Program-made: the position numbers and the translations under genes
NCBI GenBank assembly: GCA_965203465.1
Contig: CBDBCR010000003.1
Coordinates: 800,001-864,000, forward strand
DNA: 64,000 nt
From: Nitrosopumilaceae archaeon
GTDB lineage: Archaea > Thermoproteota > Nitrososphaeria > Nitrososphaerales > Nitrosopumilaceae
Direction of reading: 5' to 3'
Notes under the pieces: generated by a model
What the model saw: only the letters and a program-made list of their open reading frames with translations
The model's database searches: none
Told to the model about the DNA's origin: nothing
Part shown: positions 10,116 through 20,762 of the stretch, in pieces
Layout: each line of letters begins with the position of its first letter
Position numbering within the stretch: the first letter of the stretch is position 1

Positions 10116-10603
10116 GATATCTCGGCTATCACGTCGCCCTTTGCGACGTTGCCGCCCTCGGATACCTTGACCGACTTTACGGTGCCGGCCCGGTGGGCCG
10201 CCACGCTCACCTGCATCTTCATCGATTCGAGCGTGCAGACCGCGTCCCCCTCCGCGACCTCGTCGCCGGCCGAGACCGAGACCGAGACCACCTTGCCCGG
10301 TATCCTGCTGCGCAGCGCGGCGGGCACCCCGCCTTGGGCCGCGCCGCCCGCATTCTTGTACACGACCGCGTCCATGCCCGGGTTCAGGTTAACAGAGACG
10401 GGCACCCCGTCTATGACCAAGTCCAGCGACGAAGAGCCGGCGCCGGCGTACCTGGCGCGGTGGTACTTTCCGTCCAGCATGAACTCGACGGTGTCGCCCT
10501 CGCACGACAGCACCCTGAGGCCCAGCTCCCTGCCGTCCACCGAGACGGAATTGGCCGACATCGAGGCCTCGCAGTCCCTGCCGTTTATCCCGTAGCGCGC
10601 CAT
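10112..10603 (-). CDS. accB: Biotin carboxyl carrier protein of acetyl/propionyl-CoA carboxylase
   Basis: LESMKMQ biotinylation motif; ATG 10603 overlaps the accC stop. Confidence 0.9.
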   Translation of the reverse strand: MARYGINGRDCEASMSANSVSVDGRELGLRVLSCEGDTVEFMLDGKYHRARYAGAGSSSLDLVIDGVPVSVNLNPGMDAVVYKNAGGAAQGGVPAALRSRIPGKVVSVSVSAGDEVAEGDAVCTLESMKMQVSVAAHRAGTVKSVKVSEGGNVAKGDVIAEIS

Positions 10604-12084
10604 CACCACCCCATCCTGGCCTTCCAGGCCGACCGGTCGCGCTCGGCCGGGCGGCGCCGCCCGCCCCGGTAGAGCAGGGCCGCCGCGGCGGCGGCCTCGC
10701 GCTTTGATTCGGCGTCGGACTTTAGGTCGGCCGCCAGCCTCTCGACCATGCCGTGCCTCTTTACAAAGTCCGTCGACAGGTTCCCGTCGATGTACTCTTT
10801 GCTGCGCAGTATCGTCTTGTACAGGGGGATGGACGTCTCGACGCCCTCTATGTAAAAGTCGCCCAGCGCCGAGAGCATCCGCGTGCGCGATTCCTCGAAG
10901 GTCTGCCCCCACGCGCACAGCTTTGCCATGAGGGAATCGTAGTACGGCGAGACGGTGCAGCCGGGGTACAGGTAGGTGTCGCAGCGCACGCCGGGCCCCG
11001 ACGGCAGCTCGACGCGCGGCACCGGGCCCGTCGAGGGCGCAAAGTCGGCGAACGTGTCCTCGGCGTTTATGCGGCACTCTATGGCGTACCCGTTCATCTT
11101 GAGATCCTTTTGCTCGAACGGTATGGGCAGCCCGTTGGCGATGTCTATCTGGAGTTTCACCAGGTCCAGGCCCGAGACCATCTCGGTTATGGGGTGCTCT
11201 ACCTGGAGCCGGGCGTTTATCTCTATAAAGTAGAACTCCCCCTCGTCGGAGCGCAGAAACTCGGCCGTGCCCAGGTTGGTGTACCCGACCGCGTCGGCCG
11301 CCTTTACCACCAGGTCCCCGATGCGCTCGCGCGTCGCCTCGTCGACTGCCGGGGACGGGGTCTGCTCTATGAGCTTTTGGTTGCGCCGCTGTATGGAGCA
11401 CTCGCGCTCGAATATGTGGACCGCCTTGCCCTGCGCGTCGCGCGCGAACTGGTACTCGATGTGGCGCGTCTTTTCGAGGAACTTTTCCACCAGGACGGCC
11501 GACTTGCCCACCGCGGCCATCGATTCGCCGGTCACCGCCTCGTAGGCGGCGGCCAGCTCGCCGTCGCCTCCCACCAGCCGTATGCCGCGCCCGCCGCCCC
11601 CGTACACCGACTTTAGCAGCACGGGGTAGCCTATCTTGGAGGCCACCGAGAGCGCCTCCTCCGCCCCCGAGACCAGGCCGGGGCTGCCCGGGACGGTCGG
11701 CACGCCGGCCTTTAGCATGGCCGCCTTGCACTCCATCTTGTCGCCGCACAGGTTCATCGACTTTGACGTGGGCCCGACAAAGTTCACCCCGTTCCTCTCG
11801 CACAGGTCGGCAAAGTCGCCGTTCTCGGACAAAAACCCGTAGCCGGGGTGCACCGAATCGGCGCCCGACGACAGTACGGCCTCGAGTATCTTTTGCTGGT
11901 TGAGGTACGACTCGGCCGGCGCGGCCGCGCCGATGTGGCGAGCCTCGGTGGCGCGCTTTACGTGGAGCGAGTCGGCGTCCTCGTCCGAATACACGGCGAC
12001 GGTCTTTATGCCGAGGCGCGCGCAGGTGCGCATCACCCTCAAAGCTATCTCCCCGCGGTTGGCTATGAGCATCTTTTCTATCAT
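10603..12084 (-). CDS. accC: Biotin carboxylase subunit
   Basis: LIANRGEIA, HPGYGFLSEN, ERECSIQRRNQK and RLQVEH motifs. Confidence 0.95.
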   Translation of the reverse strand: MIEKMLIANRGEIALRVMRTCARLGIKTVAVYSDEDADSLHVKRATEARHIGAAAPAESYLNQQKILEAVLSSGADSVHPGYGFLSENGDFADLCERNGVNFVGPTSKSMNLCGDKMECKAAMLKAGVPTVPGSPGLVSGAEEALSVASKIGYPVLLKSVYGGGGRGIRLVGGDGELAAAYEAVTGESMAAVGKSAVLVEKFLEKTRHIEYQFARDAQGKAVHIFERECSIQRRNQKLIEQTPSPAVDEATRERIGDLVVKAADAVGYTNLGTAEFLRSDEGEFYFIEINARLQVEHPITEMVSGLDLVKLQIDIANGLPIPFEQKDLKMNGYAIECRINAEDTFADFAPSTGPVPRVELPSGPGVRCDTYLYPGCTVSPYYDSLMAKLCAWGQTFEESRTRMLSALGDFYIEGVETSIPLYKTILRSKEYIDGNLSTDFVKRHGMVERLAADLKSDAESKREAAAAAALLYRGGRRRPAERDRSAWKARMGW

Positions 12085-12090
12085 CGTACA

Positions 12091-13638
12091 TCACAGGTTT
12101 ATGTTGCCGTGCTTGCGCGGCAGGTGCCTCTCGCGCTTGCCTGACAGCATGCGCAGCGCCCTTATCACGGCCGGGCGCGTCTGGGCCGGGTCTATCACCG
12201 AATCGACGGTGCCGTGCGAGGCGGCCACGTACGGGTTGTCGAACTTTTCGGCGAACTCGCCGGTCAGTTTTTCGCGCAGCTCGTCGGGTTTGTCAGAGGC
12301 GGCCAGGTCCTTGCGGTTCATTATGCGCACGGCCGCCTCGGCCCCGAGCACCGCGCAGCGCGCGCTGGGCCACGCGTAGTTTACGTCGGTGCGCAGGTTC
12401 TTGCTGCCCATGGCGATGTAGGCGCCCCCGTAGGCCTTGCCCACCACGACGGTCACGCGCGGGACCGTCGCCTCGCAGTACGCGTAGAGCAGCTTGGAGC
12501 CGTGCCGTATGATGCCGCCGTGCTCCTGGTTGGAGCCGGGCATGTAGCCGGGCGTGTCGACCAGCGTGACTATGGGTATGTTGAACGCGTCGCAGAACCG
12601 GATGAACCGCGCTGCCTTGTTGGAAGAATCGATGTCGAGCGCGCCGGCAAGCGACGAGGGCTGGTTGGCGACCACGCCGACTGTCCCCCCGTCCATCCGC
12701 CCGAAGCCGGTCACGATGTTGGTGGCGAAGTTTTCGTGCACCTCGAAAAAGTCGCGCTCGTCGAGTATGGACAGCACTATCTGCTTGATGTCGTACGGGT
12801 GCCTCGAGTCCTCTGGCACCACGGCCGCGAGCGTGCCGTCGACGCGGCCCGGATCGTCGGACGTCTCGGCGCGCGGCGGCTCCTCGGCGTTGTTCTGCGG
12901 CAGGAACGAGAGCAGCCTCCGTATGCGGTCCATGCACTCGTACTCGTTGGACGCGACAAAGTGCGCCACGCCGCTGCGCGAGCCGTGCGAGGCGGCCCCG
13001 CCCAGCTCGTCGGCCGTCGTCTCCTCGCCGAGCACAGTCTTTACGACGTCGGGCCCGGTCACGAACATGGTCGCGGTCTTTTCGACCATCACGATAAAGT
13101 CGGTCATGGCCGGCGAGTACACCGAGCCGCCGGCCGACGGGCCGATGCTGGCCGTTATCTGCGGGATCACGCCGGACGCCTTTTGGTTGTGGTAGAATAT
13201 GTCGGCAAAGCCGTCGAGGCTCATTATGCCCTCCTGTATGCGCGCGCCCCCCGAATCCATGATGCCGACTATGGGGCAGCCGGTCCGCATGGCGTGGCCC
13301 ATCAGCTTTGTTATCTTTTTGGCGCCCATCTGGCTGAGCGTGCCGCCCAGCACGGTAAAGTCGTAGGCGAAGACGAACGTCTTGCGGCCGGCCACCGTCC
13401 CGTAGCCGCCGACCACGCCGTCGCCGTAAAAGACCTTGTCCTGCATGCCGAACTCGTGGTAGTGGTGCGTGGCCATCGAGTCCATCTCGGTAAAGCTGCC
13501 CGGATCCAGAAGCAGCGATATGCGCTCGCGCGCGGTCAGCTTGCCCTTGCCGTGCTGCACGTCGATGCGCCCCTGCCCGCCCCCCTCGAGGGCGGCGCTG
13601 CGGCGGCCGTGGTAGTCGTCGAGTTTTGCAGAATGCAT
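12091..13638 (-). CDS. pccB: Carboxyltransferase subunit of acetyl/propionyl-CoA carboxylase (3HP/4HB cycle)
   Basis: DSGGARIQEG, KAYGGAY and RKHGNINL motifs. Confidence 0.93.
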   Translation of the reverse strand: MHSAKLDDYHGRRSAALEGGGQGRIDVQHGKGKLTARERISLLLDPGSFTEMDSMATHHYHEFGMQDKVFYGDGVVGGYGTVAGRKTFVFAYDFTVLGGTLSQMGAKKITKLMGHAMRTGCPIVGIMDSGGARIQEGIMSLDGFADIFYHNQKASGVIPQITASIGPSAGGSVYSPAMTDFIVMVEKTATMFVTGPDVVKTVLGEETTADELGGAASHGSRSGVAHFVASNEYECMDRIRRLLSFLPQNNAEEPPRAETSDDPGRVDGTLAAVVPEDSRHPYDIKQIVLSILDERDFFEVHENFATNIVTGFGRMDGGTVGVVANQPSSLAGALDIDSSNKAARFIRFCDAFNIPIVTLVDTPGYMPGSNQEHGGIIRHGSKLLYAYCEATVPRVTVVVGKAYGGAYIAMGSKNLRTDVNYAWPSARCAVLGAEAAVRIMNRKDLAASDKPDELREKLTGEFAEKFDNPYVAASHGTVDSVIDPAQTRPAVIRALRMLSGKRERHLPRKHGNINL

Positions 13639-13778
13639 GGATACGCGGCCGCGCCCCTCAGCTGGCTATATTAAGCTAGTCTGATCGGGCGCGCGCCGGG
13701 CCGGGGATCGGGGCGCGGCAGGCGCCCCCTCCGTATTGCCGGAAACCCCCGGCCGGCTGCCGGTGCGCGCCTCTCCGG

Positions 13779-14099
13779 CTACAGCCTGCCCTGCGCGGCC
13801 GGCTTCGGCGGGCGGGCGGCGGCCTCGCGGTACTTGGCGAGCGCGCCCGGCCCCGCCGCGCACGCCGCGCATATGCACGCCTGCGAGACCTTTTCCAGGT
13901 CGCAGTCCTCGGAGAATTCGCACGACGGGCAGCCGGCCGGCGAGCCGCACACTATGCAGGCGAGCTCGCGCGCCTCGGCGCACTCTTCGTGGCGCACGCC
14001 GGCCCCCTTGAGCCACATGACCTGGCTGCCGACCGGTATGGCCTCGCCGCAGACGGTGCACTTGCCCGGGTACTTTAGCGGGATGCGCCGCCAGCTCAC
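13779..14099 (-). CDS. Small Cys-rich (zinc-binding) hypothetical protein
   Basis: GTG start, SWRRIPLKYPGKCTVC...CIVCGSPAGCPSCEF...CICAAC. It appears fused to RFC in the ORF track only because of a frameshift. Confidence 0.7.
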   Translation of the reverse strand: MSWRRIPLKYPGKCTVCGEAIPVGSQVMWLKGAGVRHEECAEARELACIVCGSPAGCPSCEFSEDCDLEKVSQACICAACAAGPGALAKYREAAARPPKPAAQGRL

Positions 14100-15173
14100 A
14101 GCCCGGCCGCCTCCGCGTATGGCATGTGCACGGACGCGGTGCTGCGCGAGCAGTGCGTCAGGGCGCCGAGGCGCGCGTTGCGCTCGCGCTCCTTGGGGGC
14201 CGTCCCACCGTATGCGGTTGAGCAGCTGCCACGATATGCCGTACGGCGAGTACCGCAGGCCGGCGGTGTGCCCGTGCATGCCGGCCAGCACCGCGTCGAG
14301 GTACCGCAGGAGCCTCCAGTTCTGCGTGCGCAGTATCCTCCCGTGCAGCACGTCGGCGTCGGACAGCACGCGCAGGAGGCGGCGCGCCGCGGCCGGCTCG
14401 GCCGAGACCGAGCTGGCGTAGAGCGCGTTTATCTTTTCGCGCGGGTCGGCGCGCACCGAGCGCAGCGCCTCGAGCGCCTCCCCGCGCGAGGACGCCTTGA
14501 GGAACGCGCCTATCCCCTCCTCGACCGAGCGCGCCGGCGGCTGCCGGCCGAAGGATTCCAGGCCCGCGTCGGCCGCCTGCGCGGAATTCAGCATGTAGCG
14601 CATGTCCCCTCTGGACTCTATGACGAGGCGTATCACGGCGCCGGGCCCCAGCGGCGAGTTTTCCCTGTCGAGCACGTCCTGCAGGTACGTGCGCAGCAGG
14701 CGCGGGGGCACCGGCCGGAACCGTATAGTCTGGACCGCCTTGGATACGGACTTCATCTTTGGGGATTCGTCCGAGTTTGCCGCCAGCACCGCCGGCACGG
14801 CGGCCTCTTTCAGTATGGAGACGAGCGCGTCGGCGCCGCCAAAGTCCGAGCGGCCGTGTATGCCGTCGGCCTCGTCCACGAACGCCAGCGGCGGGCCGTG
14901 CAGCCCGGCGCTCTGCCCCACCGGCCCGAGCACCTCTTTGATGCGCGACTTTGTGCGCGCGTCGCTCGCGTTCATGCCCACCACGTCGTAGCCGAACCTC
15001 GCCGCGGCCAGCACGGCCAGCGTGGTCTTGCCCGTGCCTGGCGGGCCCACCAGCAGGACCGGGCGCGTGCCCTTTCTCCACGAGGCCAGCCACGACAAGA
15101 GCTCCGAGCGCGCCTCCTCGTTGCCGACCATCTCCGAGACGTCCGACGGGCGGTACTTTTCGGACCACATCAA
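14096..15173 (-). CDS. rfcL: Replication factor C large subunit (frameshift in a C5 run near 14197, likely an assembly error)
   Basis: WSEKYRP, GPPGTGKTT, MNASDAR and DEADG motifs. Removing one C restores a C-terminus ending at the TGA overlapping the next GTG. Confidence 0.85.
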
Positions 15174-16291
15174 CGCGCATCACCCGGCAGCGACGAGGCC
15201 ATCTTGTCCCACGGCGCCGAGCTTGCCAGCCGGCCGTGCCAGAACCTGTTGTAGTGGTCGATGGTGAGGAACAGAAACTCGAGGAACTCGCGGTGGGCGA
15301 ACCCGCCGGGCAGCGAATCCAGGGCCAGCCGGGCCGAGCGCAGGTACGCGTCGGCCCTCTGCAGGGCCAGCTCGAAGCCCCGCTTTACGTCGCCGCACAG
15401 CAGCGAATAGTACAGCGGCCACGACGGCACTTTGACGCGGCCCGACTTTAGGGAATCTTCGATCTCGTTGCCGCACCCGGCGGCCTCTGCAGAGTGGGCC
15501 ATGCCCGCGTAGAATATCTCGCCCAGCGGCCGCCGCGCCAGCGCCATGTTGCGGCCGGCGGTCCCCATCACCGAGCGGTACTTGCGGTACGACGAGTCGA
15601 GGTCCTCGGCGGTCATGCGCGCCGGCCGCGACTGGAGCTGCTCGTCGATGCGCTGCCCCTCGCGCGCCTGCGCAAAGCCGTGCTCGAACGATTCGAGGAC
15701 GCCGGGGCCGGCCCTCGCGATGCGCCCGCGGGCCAGCTTTAGCATGTACGGGCACAGGAGCCGGTAGTCGTCGAGGTATTCGAGATCCTCGTCCATGTCT
15801 ATGATGCGATCCATCGGCTCGCTCAGGTCTATGGCGATGATGTGCCCCTCGACCACGTCCTGCCTAAGATCCGCGCCCCTGCCCTCGTGCTCGGCAGCCG
15901 CGTCGTACAGCCCGTACATCACCGGGAACGTCATCTTTACGAAGTTGGAGTCGAGCATGCGGTTCACCCTGTCCGAGACCGCGCCCTTTTCGGAGAGGCG
16001 GGCCCGGACCGCGCCCGCCTTGGAGCCGTCGAGCGAGAGGGCCGGCTGGCCGGATTCTTTCGCGAACGCCTCGACGGCCGAGGCCGGATCGGGGTCGGCG
16101 GCTATCGCCGAGTGCAGATCCTCGGAGAGCCGCTGGGCGAACCCCGCGAAGTTCCCCTCGGCCTCTTTCTTGTAGGCGGAAAACTGCCGGTAGCCGCGCG
16201 AGCGCAGCAGGCCGGCCTTGAGTATCTGCTTGCCCGGCGCCGTGGACAGGAGCGCCTCCTTGCCGGTCGCCGAGCTGTCCTTGCCGATCAC
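15170..16291 (-). CDS. Hypothetical protein, probably conserved in Thaumarchaeota
   Basis: 373-aa ORF with host codon bias, coupled to rfcL. Confidence 0.75.
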   Translation of the reverse strand: MIGKDSSATGKEALLSTAPGKQILKAGLLRSRGYRQFSAYKKEAEGNFAGFAQRLSEDLHSAIAADPDPASAVEAFAKESGQPALSLDGSKAGAVRARLSEKGAVSDRVNRMLDSNFVKMTFPVMYGLYDAAAEHEGRGADLRQDVVEGHIIAIDLSEPMDRIIDMDEDLEYLDDYRLLCPYMLKLARGRIARAGPGVLESFEHGFAQAREGQRIDEQLQSRPARMTAEDLDSSYRKYRSVMGTAGRNMALARRPLGEIFYAGMAHSAEAAGCGNEIEDSLKSGRVKVPSWPLYYSLLCGDVKRGFELALQRADAYLRSARLALDSLPGGFAHREFLEFLFLTIDHYNRFWHGRLASSAPWDKMASSLPGDAR

Positions 16292-16344
16292 GGTGCCCGG
16301 CGCCGCGGCTTTGGACTTATAAATTGCGGGCGGGGCCCCCGGGC

Positions 16345-17136
16345 GTGGACAGGATAGACGTGCTGCTCGGCGCGGCCCGCGCCGTCCGCGAGCGCGTGCG
16401 GGGCATGGCCGGGACCGAGGCCGCCTGCGGGGACAACGGGGTGGGCGCCGGCGGGGACGTCTCGCGCAACATCGACATAGCCGCAGAAGAGGCCGTCATG
16501 GCGCACGTCGAAAAAGAGGGCATGGCCTGCACCGTTTTGGGCGAAGAGTGCGGCAGGGTGGACATGGGCGGCCCCGGGTGCCTGATAATGGACGCCATAG
16601 ACGGCTCGGCCAACGCGGTGCGCGGCGTGCCGTTCTACTGCTGCTCGCTTGCCTTCGCGCCCGACCGGAGGCTCAGCTCGGTGACCGATTCGGTGGTGTG
16701 CGACCTGTCTTCGGGCAGGACGTACTGGGCCTCGGAAAAGGGGTGCTTTGCCGACGGGCGCAGGGCCGCCGTGCAGCGCGGCGAGCCGGCGTACAGGATA
16801 GTCTGCGTGAACACGTCCGGCGCCGGGGCCGGCACTATGAGGGACCTGCACCCCCTCTTCGAGAACCATTCGAGGCACATGGGGGCCAACGCGCTCGAGA
16901 TGGCCCTGCTGGCCGACGGCAGGATAGACGCCATGGCCGACCTGCGCGGCAGGCTGCGCGTGCAGGACGTGGCCGCCGGGTGCCACCTGGTGCGGGCCGC
17001 CGGCGGGGTCGTGCTGGATCCGGAGGGCGCGGATCTCGACTCCGATCTGGAATACGGCACTAGGCTCTCTTTCGTGGCCGCGTCGAGCAAGGAGACCGCC
17101 GAGCAGGTGATGCGCGGCGTTCCGGGCTGGGGATAG
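16345..17136 (+). CDS. Inositol monophosphatase / FBPase family
   Basis: LGEECG, MDAIDGSANA and QDVAAG motifs. Confidence 0.9.
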   Translation: MDRIDVLLGAARAVRERVRGMAGTEAACGDNGVGAGGDVSRNIDIAAEEAVMAHVEKEGMACTVLGEECGRVDMGGPGCLIMDAIDGSANAVRGVPFYCCSLAFAPDRRLSSVTDSVVCDLSSGRTYWASEKGCFADGRRAAVQRGEPAYRIVCVNTSGAGAGTMRDLHPLFENHSRHMGANALEMALLADGRIDAMADLRGRLRVQDVAAGCHLVRAAGGVVLDPEGADLDSDLEYGTRLSFVAASSKETAEQVMRGVPGWG

Positions 17137-17192
17137 CGCGCTTGGGCCGAGCCGCGGGATCGAGTTAAATCAGAGGCGGCCGCGCGGGTTCC

Positions 17193-18387
17193 GTGAGCGA
17201 GCGCGCAAACCCGTTCAGGCCGGCGCCCGGCCTGAATCCCCCACCTGGCCGGGCGCGAGCTTGAACGCGAGATGTTCGCGCACATGCTACGCGACATCAA
17301 GGGCGGCATGATCGGGAACATTGCGGTGCACGGGCTGCGCGGCATGGGCAAGACCGTCCTCTTGAGAGAGTTTGAGCAGATGTGCAGGGACAGAAATTTT
17401 CTTCCCGTCTCAGAGCCCCAGTACAGCCCCCACCACTCCGAGCCGTCCGAGTTCGTGAGGATACTAAAGTACAACATGCGCGCCGCGATCGAGACGTTTT
17501 CGCGGCTGGAGAAGACAAAGTCCAAGATCCAGTCGGCGGTGCGCTACATAAAGCCGTCGAGCATGGGAGTGCCGGGGATCGTTTACTATGAGCCGTCGTA
17601 CGAGCCGGGGGAGTACATGCCGCTTAGGAACCACATGACGGACTATCTGATCGAAAACTGGAACGTCGTAGAAAAGGGCGGCTACGACGGCGTGGTGTTT
17701 CTGTTAGACGAGTTCCACGTGATCCAGAATTCGGAGAGAGTCAAGTGGTTCGTCTTGTCTGACTTTATAGGCGCTCTGGACGAGGTGCAGAAGAAGGGGT
17801 ACAAGTATGCGGCCGTCCTGTGCGGCCTGCCCGTCTTGCAGAGCAACCTAAAGGCGGCCCGTTCGTATTCTGAGAGGATGTTCCGGTCGTTGAGGGTTTC
17901 CTTTCTGGAAGAGGACGCGGCCAAAAACGCCATAACAAAGCCGCTCGAGGGGATCGAGCGCAGTTTTTCGCGAGATCTGATAAACGCGATCGTAAAGGAC
18001 ACGGGGGGCTATCCGTACTTTGTGCAGTTTTACGCCAAGGAGATACTGGATCGCGTAGACAAGGACAGCGTCGGGATGAGGGACTATGGCAGGGTCAAGA
18101 GCAAGATAACGGCGATCTTGGATCAAAGCTTTTTCGATCAGCGCATGGAGCAGATTACCAATAGCCAGAAGAAGGTTCTGTACGCCATGGCCCAGATTCC
18201 CGATGCCAACATTACGTTCTCTGTGGTCAAAAAATGCACGGGCATCAGCAAGGGCACGTTTGCAAAAAATTTGGTACGACTGGAAGAAAAAGGCTTTATC
18301 CACAAGGTGGATCACGGGATTTACAGATTCTCGTTGCCCATGCTGCGGGACTATCTGCTACGGCGAGCCACGCGAGATTCAAGCTAG
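17193..18387 (+). CDS. AAA/archaeal-type ATPase with C-terminal winged helix (5' frameshift in a C5 run near 17240)
   Basis: GLRGMGKT Walker A, LLDEFH Walker B and TGGYPYFVQ. The NPFRP..G..P-HLAGRE N-terminus is split across two frames. Lower GC than host genes. Confidence 0.8.
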
Positions 18388-18636
18388 GCACGGGGCCCGC
18401 GCCTGAAAGTTGGCAGAGTTGGCAAGAGGGGCCCGAACCTGCAGGGCGGTGGCAAGCTAGGCACGGGGCCCGCGCCTGAAAGTTGGCAGAGTTGGCAAGA
18501 GGGGCCCGAACCTGCAGGGCGGTGGCAAGCTAGGCACGGGGCCCGCGCCTGAAAGTTGGCAGAGTTGGCAAGAGGGGCCCGAACCTGCAGGGCGGTGGCA
18601 AGCTAGGCACGGGCCCCGTGCCTGAAAGTTGGCAGG
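18380..18636. repeat. Tandem repeat, 73-bp unit x ~3.5
   Basis: CAAGCTAGGCACGGGGCCCGCGCCTGAAAGTTGGCAG... starts at 18380, 18453, 18526 and 18599. Confidence 0.95.
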
Positions 18637-19140
18637 AGCCGGCGGGTCGTGGTTTTGGATCGCTGGGTTGCGCTCCAGAGAGTGTCCCGTACGGACGGGA
18701 CGCCGCGCGCGCGTCCGGCGCCGCGCCTGCTCCAAGGCAACGGCGATCGTGCGCCGGATGCGGGGGCGGCGCACAACGCCGCCGGATTTTGGCCAGTCGG
18801 GCTTTCCGCGAACGGGAATTGCCGCCGCGCGCGGTCTTGCGCGGGCCGGATCCGCCTAAGCCTCGGCCGACGAGATTGTGGAAATCCCGCGGCGGCGAGC
18901 CGCTTCCGACATCTCGGCGTCGTCGGTGACCAGGACCAGCCCGTACCGTTCTGCCGCGACGACGTACGCAGAATCGTAGAACGTCAGCCCGGCAGACGCC
19001 ATGGCGACTGCATCCTTCTCCAAACCGTCTATGTTGAACACGCGCATGTGATGTATGATGTTCATGCACCTGTTGAACAGCGGCAGCATGTTGTCTTTGT
19101 CGGCTTTGGCGTGCTTTGACACGGCGTTGCCGAGCTCGTA

Positions 19141-20250
19141 TAGTTCTGGACAAAAGTTCGCCGTCAAAACTTGGCGTATCTTTTCGGGCGCTGGTTCATG
19201 CACTTGATCGGATCTATGTTGTAGTGCACGGTCCTGTAATGCTCCGACAAGTCTTTGCAAAAGTCTTCGAACGATGCGTGGTACTTGTACGAGACGCTCG
19301 ATCTGCTCTTGACTAGCCACATGTGCTCGGCCGGATTCACGTACGGCGAACCGACGGGCGTATACCGCAAGACGATCTCCGGGTTGTCGCGCAAAAACTC
19401 CTGAACCTTGCGCGATTGGTGGTACGACGCGCGGTCTTCGTATATGAGGAGCGGCCCGAACCGCCTGTGCGCTTCCTTGAGAAAATCGATGAACGTGTCG
19501 GAGTTGGCCCTGTCGTACAGCCGGACCATGTGTCTTGTGTCTTCCAGCAACAGCCCGTGCGCCGACACTTTTTGGGGGTCGTTGGTGAAGGTTCCGCTTA
19601 CCGGCGTGCCTTGCTCCGTCCAGAACAAGGCGTTGGACTTGTCGTCCCTGCGGTGGTGCGACTCATCCCCCCACCCCACGGTGCGCCCTTTGCGCCTGTG
19701 GTAGGCAATAACGCGCCTTTCGCGCTTCTGCCACTTGCTCACGGCGGCCGGGCTGGCGTGGTTTACGTGGACGTACTGTATTTTCTTGGGAGAGAGGTTG
19801 CGGCCGCGCATGAGCCTCAGGACATGCCTGCTGCTGTAGCCCACGCCGGTCTTCCGTTTTATCGCGTCGCTGACCTCGTGCGGCCGCACCCGTTTCCGGG
19901 ACGCGTCGTCTATGATCTTGTTGAGTTTGTCTTTCCTTACCTTGGGCGGCCTTCCTGCACGCGGACGGTCGCGGAGGGCGTCCAGCCCGCCGCTCTCGTA
20001 CCTGTCCACCCACTGCCGCACCCAGTCGTCGGACATCATCAGGCTCTGCGCAACATCGTCGACTCGCTGTCCTTGCACCGCCACCATGTTGACGGCCACT
20101 ATGCGCAGGCTGACCCGGGCGTCCTTTTCCTTCTTGAGTGCCTTTTTCAGCACCGTTGACGTGTTAGTCATGGGTGTAGCCTGATCCCGTAGTAAATAAG
20201 TGCGTGAGAAAAAAATTGTTGACAAACCGACGAATTTTCGTCCAGAACTA
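19141..20250 (-). mobile_element. IS630-family insertion sequence (1110 bp)
   Basis: Imperfect TIRs TAGTTCTGGACAAAAGTTCGCCG and CGACGAATTTTCGTCCAGAACTA; TA duplicated at 19139-19140 and 20251-20252. Confidence 0.93.
19164..20171 (-). CDS. IS630 DDE transposase
   Basis: HTH with WVDRYESGG..RAGRPPK; catalytic segments GDESH, EDRASYH and SPYVNPAEHMW. Confidence 0.92.
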   Translation of the reverse strand: MTNTSTVLKKALKKEKDARVSLRIVAVNMVAVQGQRVDDVAQSLMMSDDWVRQWVDRYESGGLDALRDRPRAGRPPKVRKDKLNKIIDDASRKRVRPHEVSDAIKRKTGVGYSSRHVLRLMRGRNLSPKKIQYVHVNHASPAAVSKWQKRERRVIAYHRRKGRTVGWGDESHHRRDDKSNALFWTEQGTPVSGTFTNDPQKVSAHGLLLEDTRHMVRLYDRANSDTFIDFLKEAHRRFGPLLIYEDRASYHQSRKVQEFLRDNPEIVLRYTPVGSPYVNPAEHMWLVKSRSSVSYKYHASFEDFCKDLSEHYRTVHYNIDPIKCMNQRPKRYAKF

Positions 20251-20355
20251 TATTTTGTGAGATCCAGCACCGCTTGACCTGCAAAACGGCCGGGTTGGGA
20301 GTCTCCGTGCAACAAGAGGTTGAAGACTGCGCTGGCGTCGTAGAGTCTTTCGAGC

Positions 20356-20640
20356 CTACCGGGTGTCGCGATCATGCCTTATCGACCTTACAACTTCTTC
20401 CTTGCTTATTGTTGATCCGAACGTCTTGTGGATCCACTCCAAATCGGCCGGCGTCACTTCGTGCTCGGTGTTTTTGCCCAGCGTGTCGCCGTCGATGCGC
20501 TCGCGCGCCCACGAGTCGTACAGGTGCTTCACCCGGTTTTTGAGTATGTCCAGCTCTTTTGTCAGCGACTCGACCTGGCGCTCCAGATCACGGAGCGTCT
20601 TTGTCTCGGCACCCTCCACGGTTTCGGCAGCCGTCGCCAT
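20356..20640 (-). CDS. Putative VapB-type antitoxin
   Basis: Small ORF overlapping the vapC start. Heptad-like N-terminus and a C-terminal EEVVRSIRHDRD typical of archaeal VapB tails. Confidence 0.7.
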   Translation of the reverse strand: MATAAETVEGAETKTLRDLERQVESLTKELDILKNRVKHLYDSWARERIDGDTLGKNTEHEVTPADLEWIHKTFGSTISKEEVVRSIRHDRDTR

Positions 20641-20762
20641 GTCGCGCTCAAATCCGGCGAGTATATCATTGTTGCGGACGGGGCGGCGCCGCAACGGGCT
20701 CAAGAAACTGCCGTTCCGGCAGCGGATCCGGACTCTGCGCCCGGTAAGCCACTAAATGGGGG

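Larger units (their letters stand above)
18856..20375 (-). pseudogene. VapC/PIN toxin interrupted by IS630
   Basis: Removing the IS joins LYDASAVFNLL...VLDLTKY to ELGNAVSK...LTFYDSAYV...LVTDD into one PIN protein. Confidence 0.9.

Noticed and set aside
13779-15173. RFC large subunit fused to a zinc finger
   Set aside because: Explained by one extra C in a C5 run; correcting it gives two normally coupled genes.
18380-18636. CRISPR array
   Set aside because: The units are identical end to end with no unique spacers, and no cas genes are in the window.
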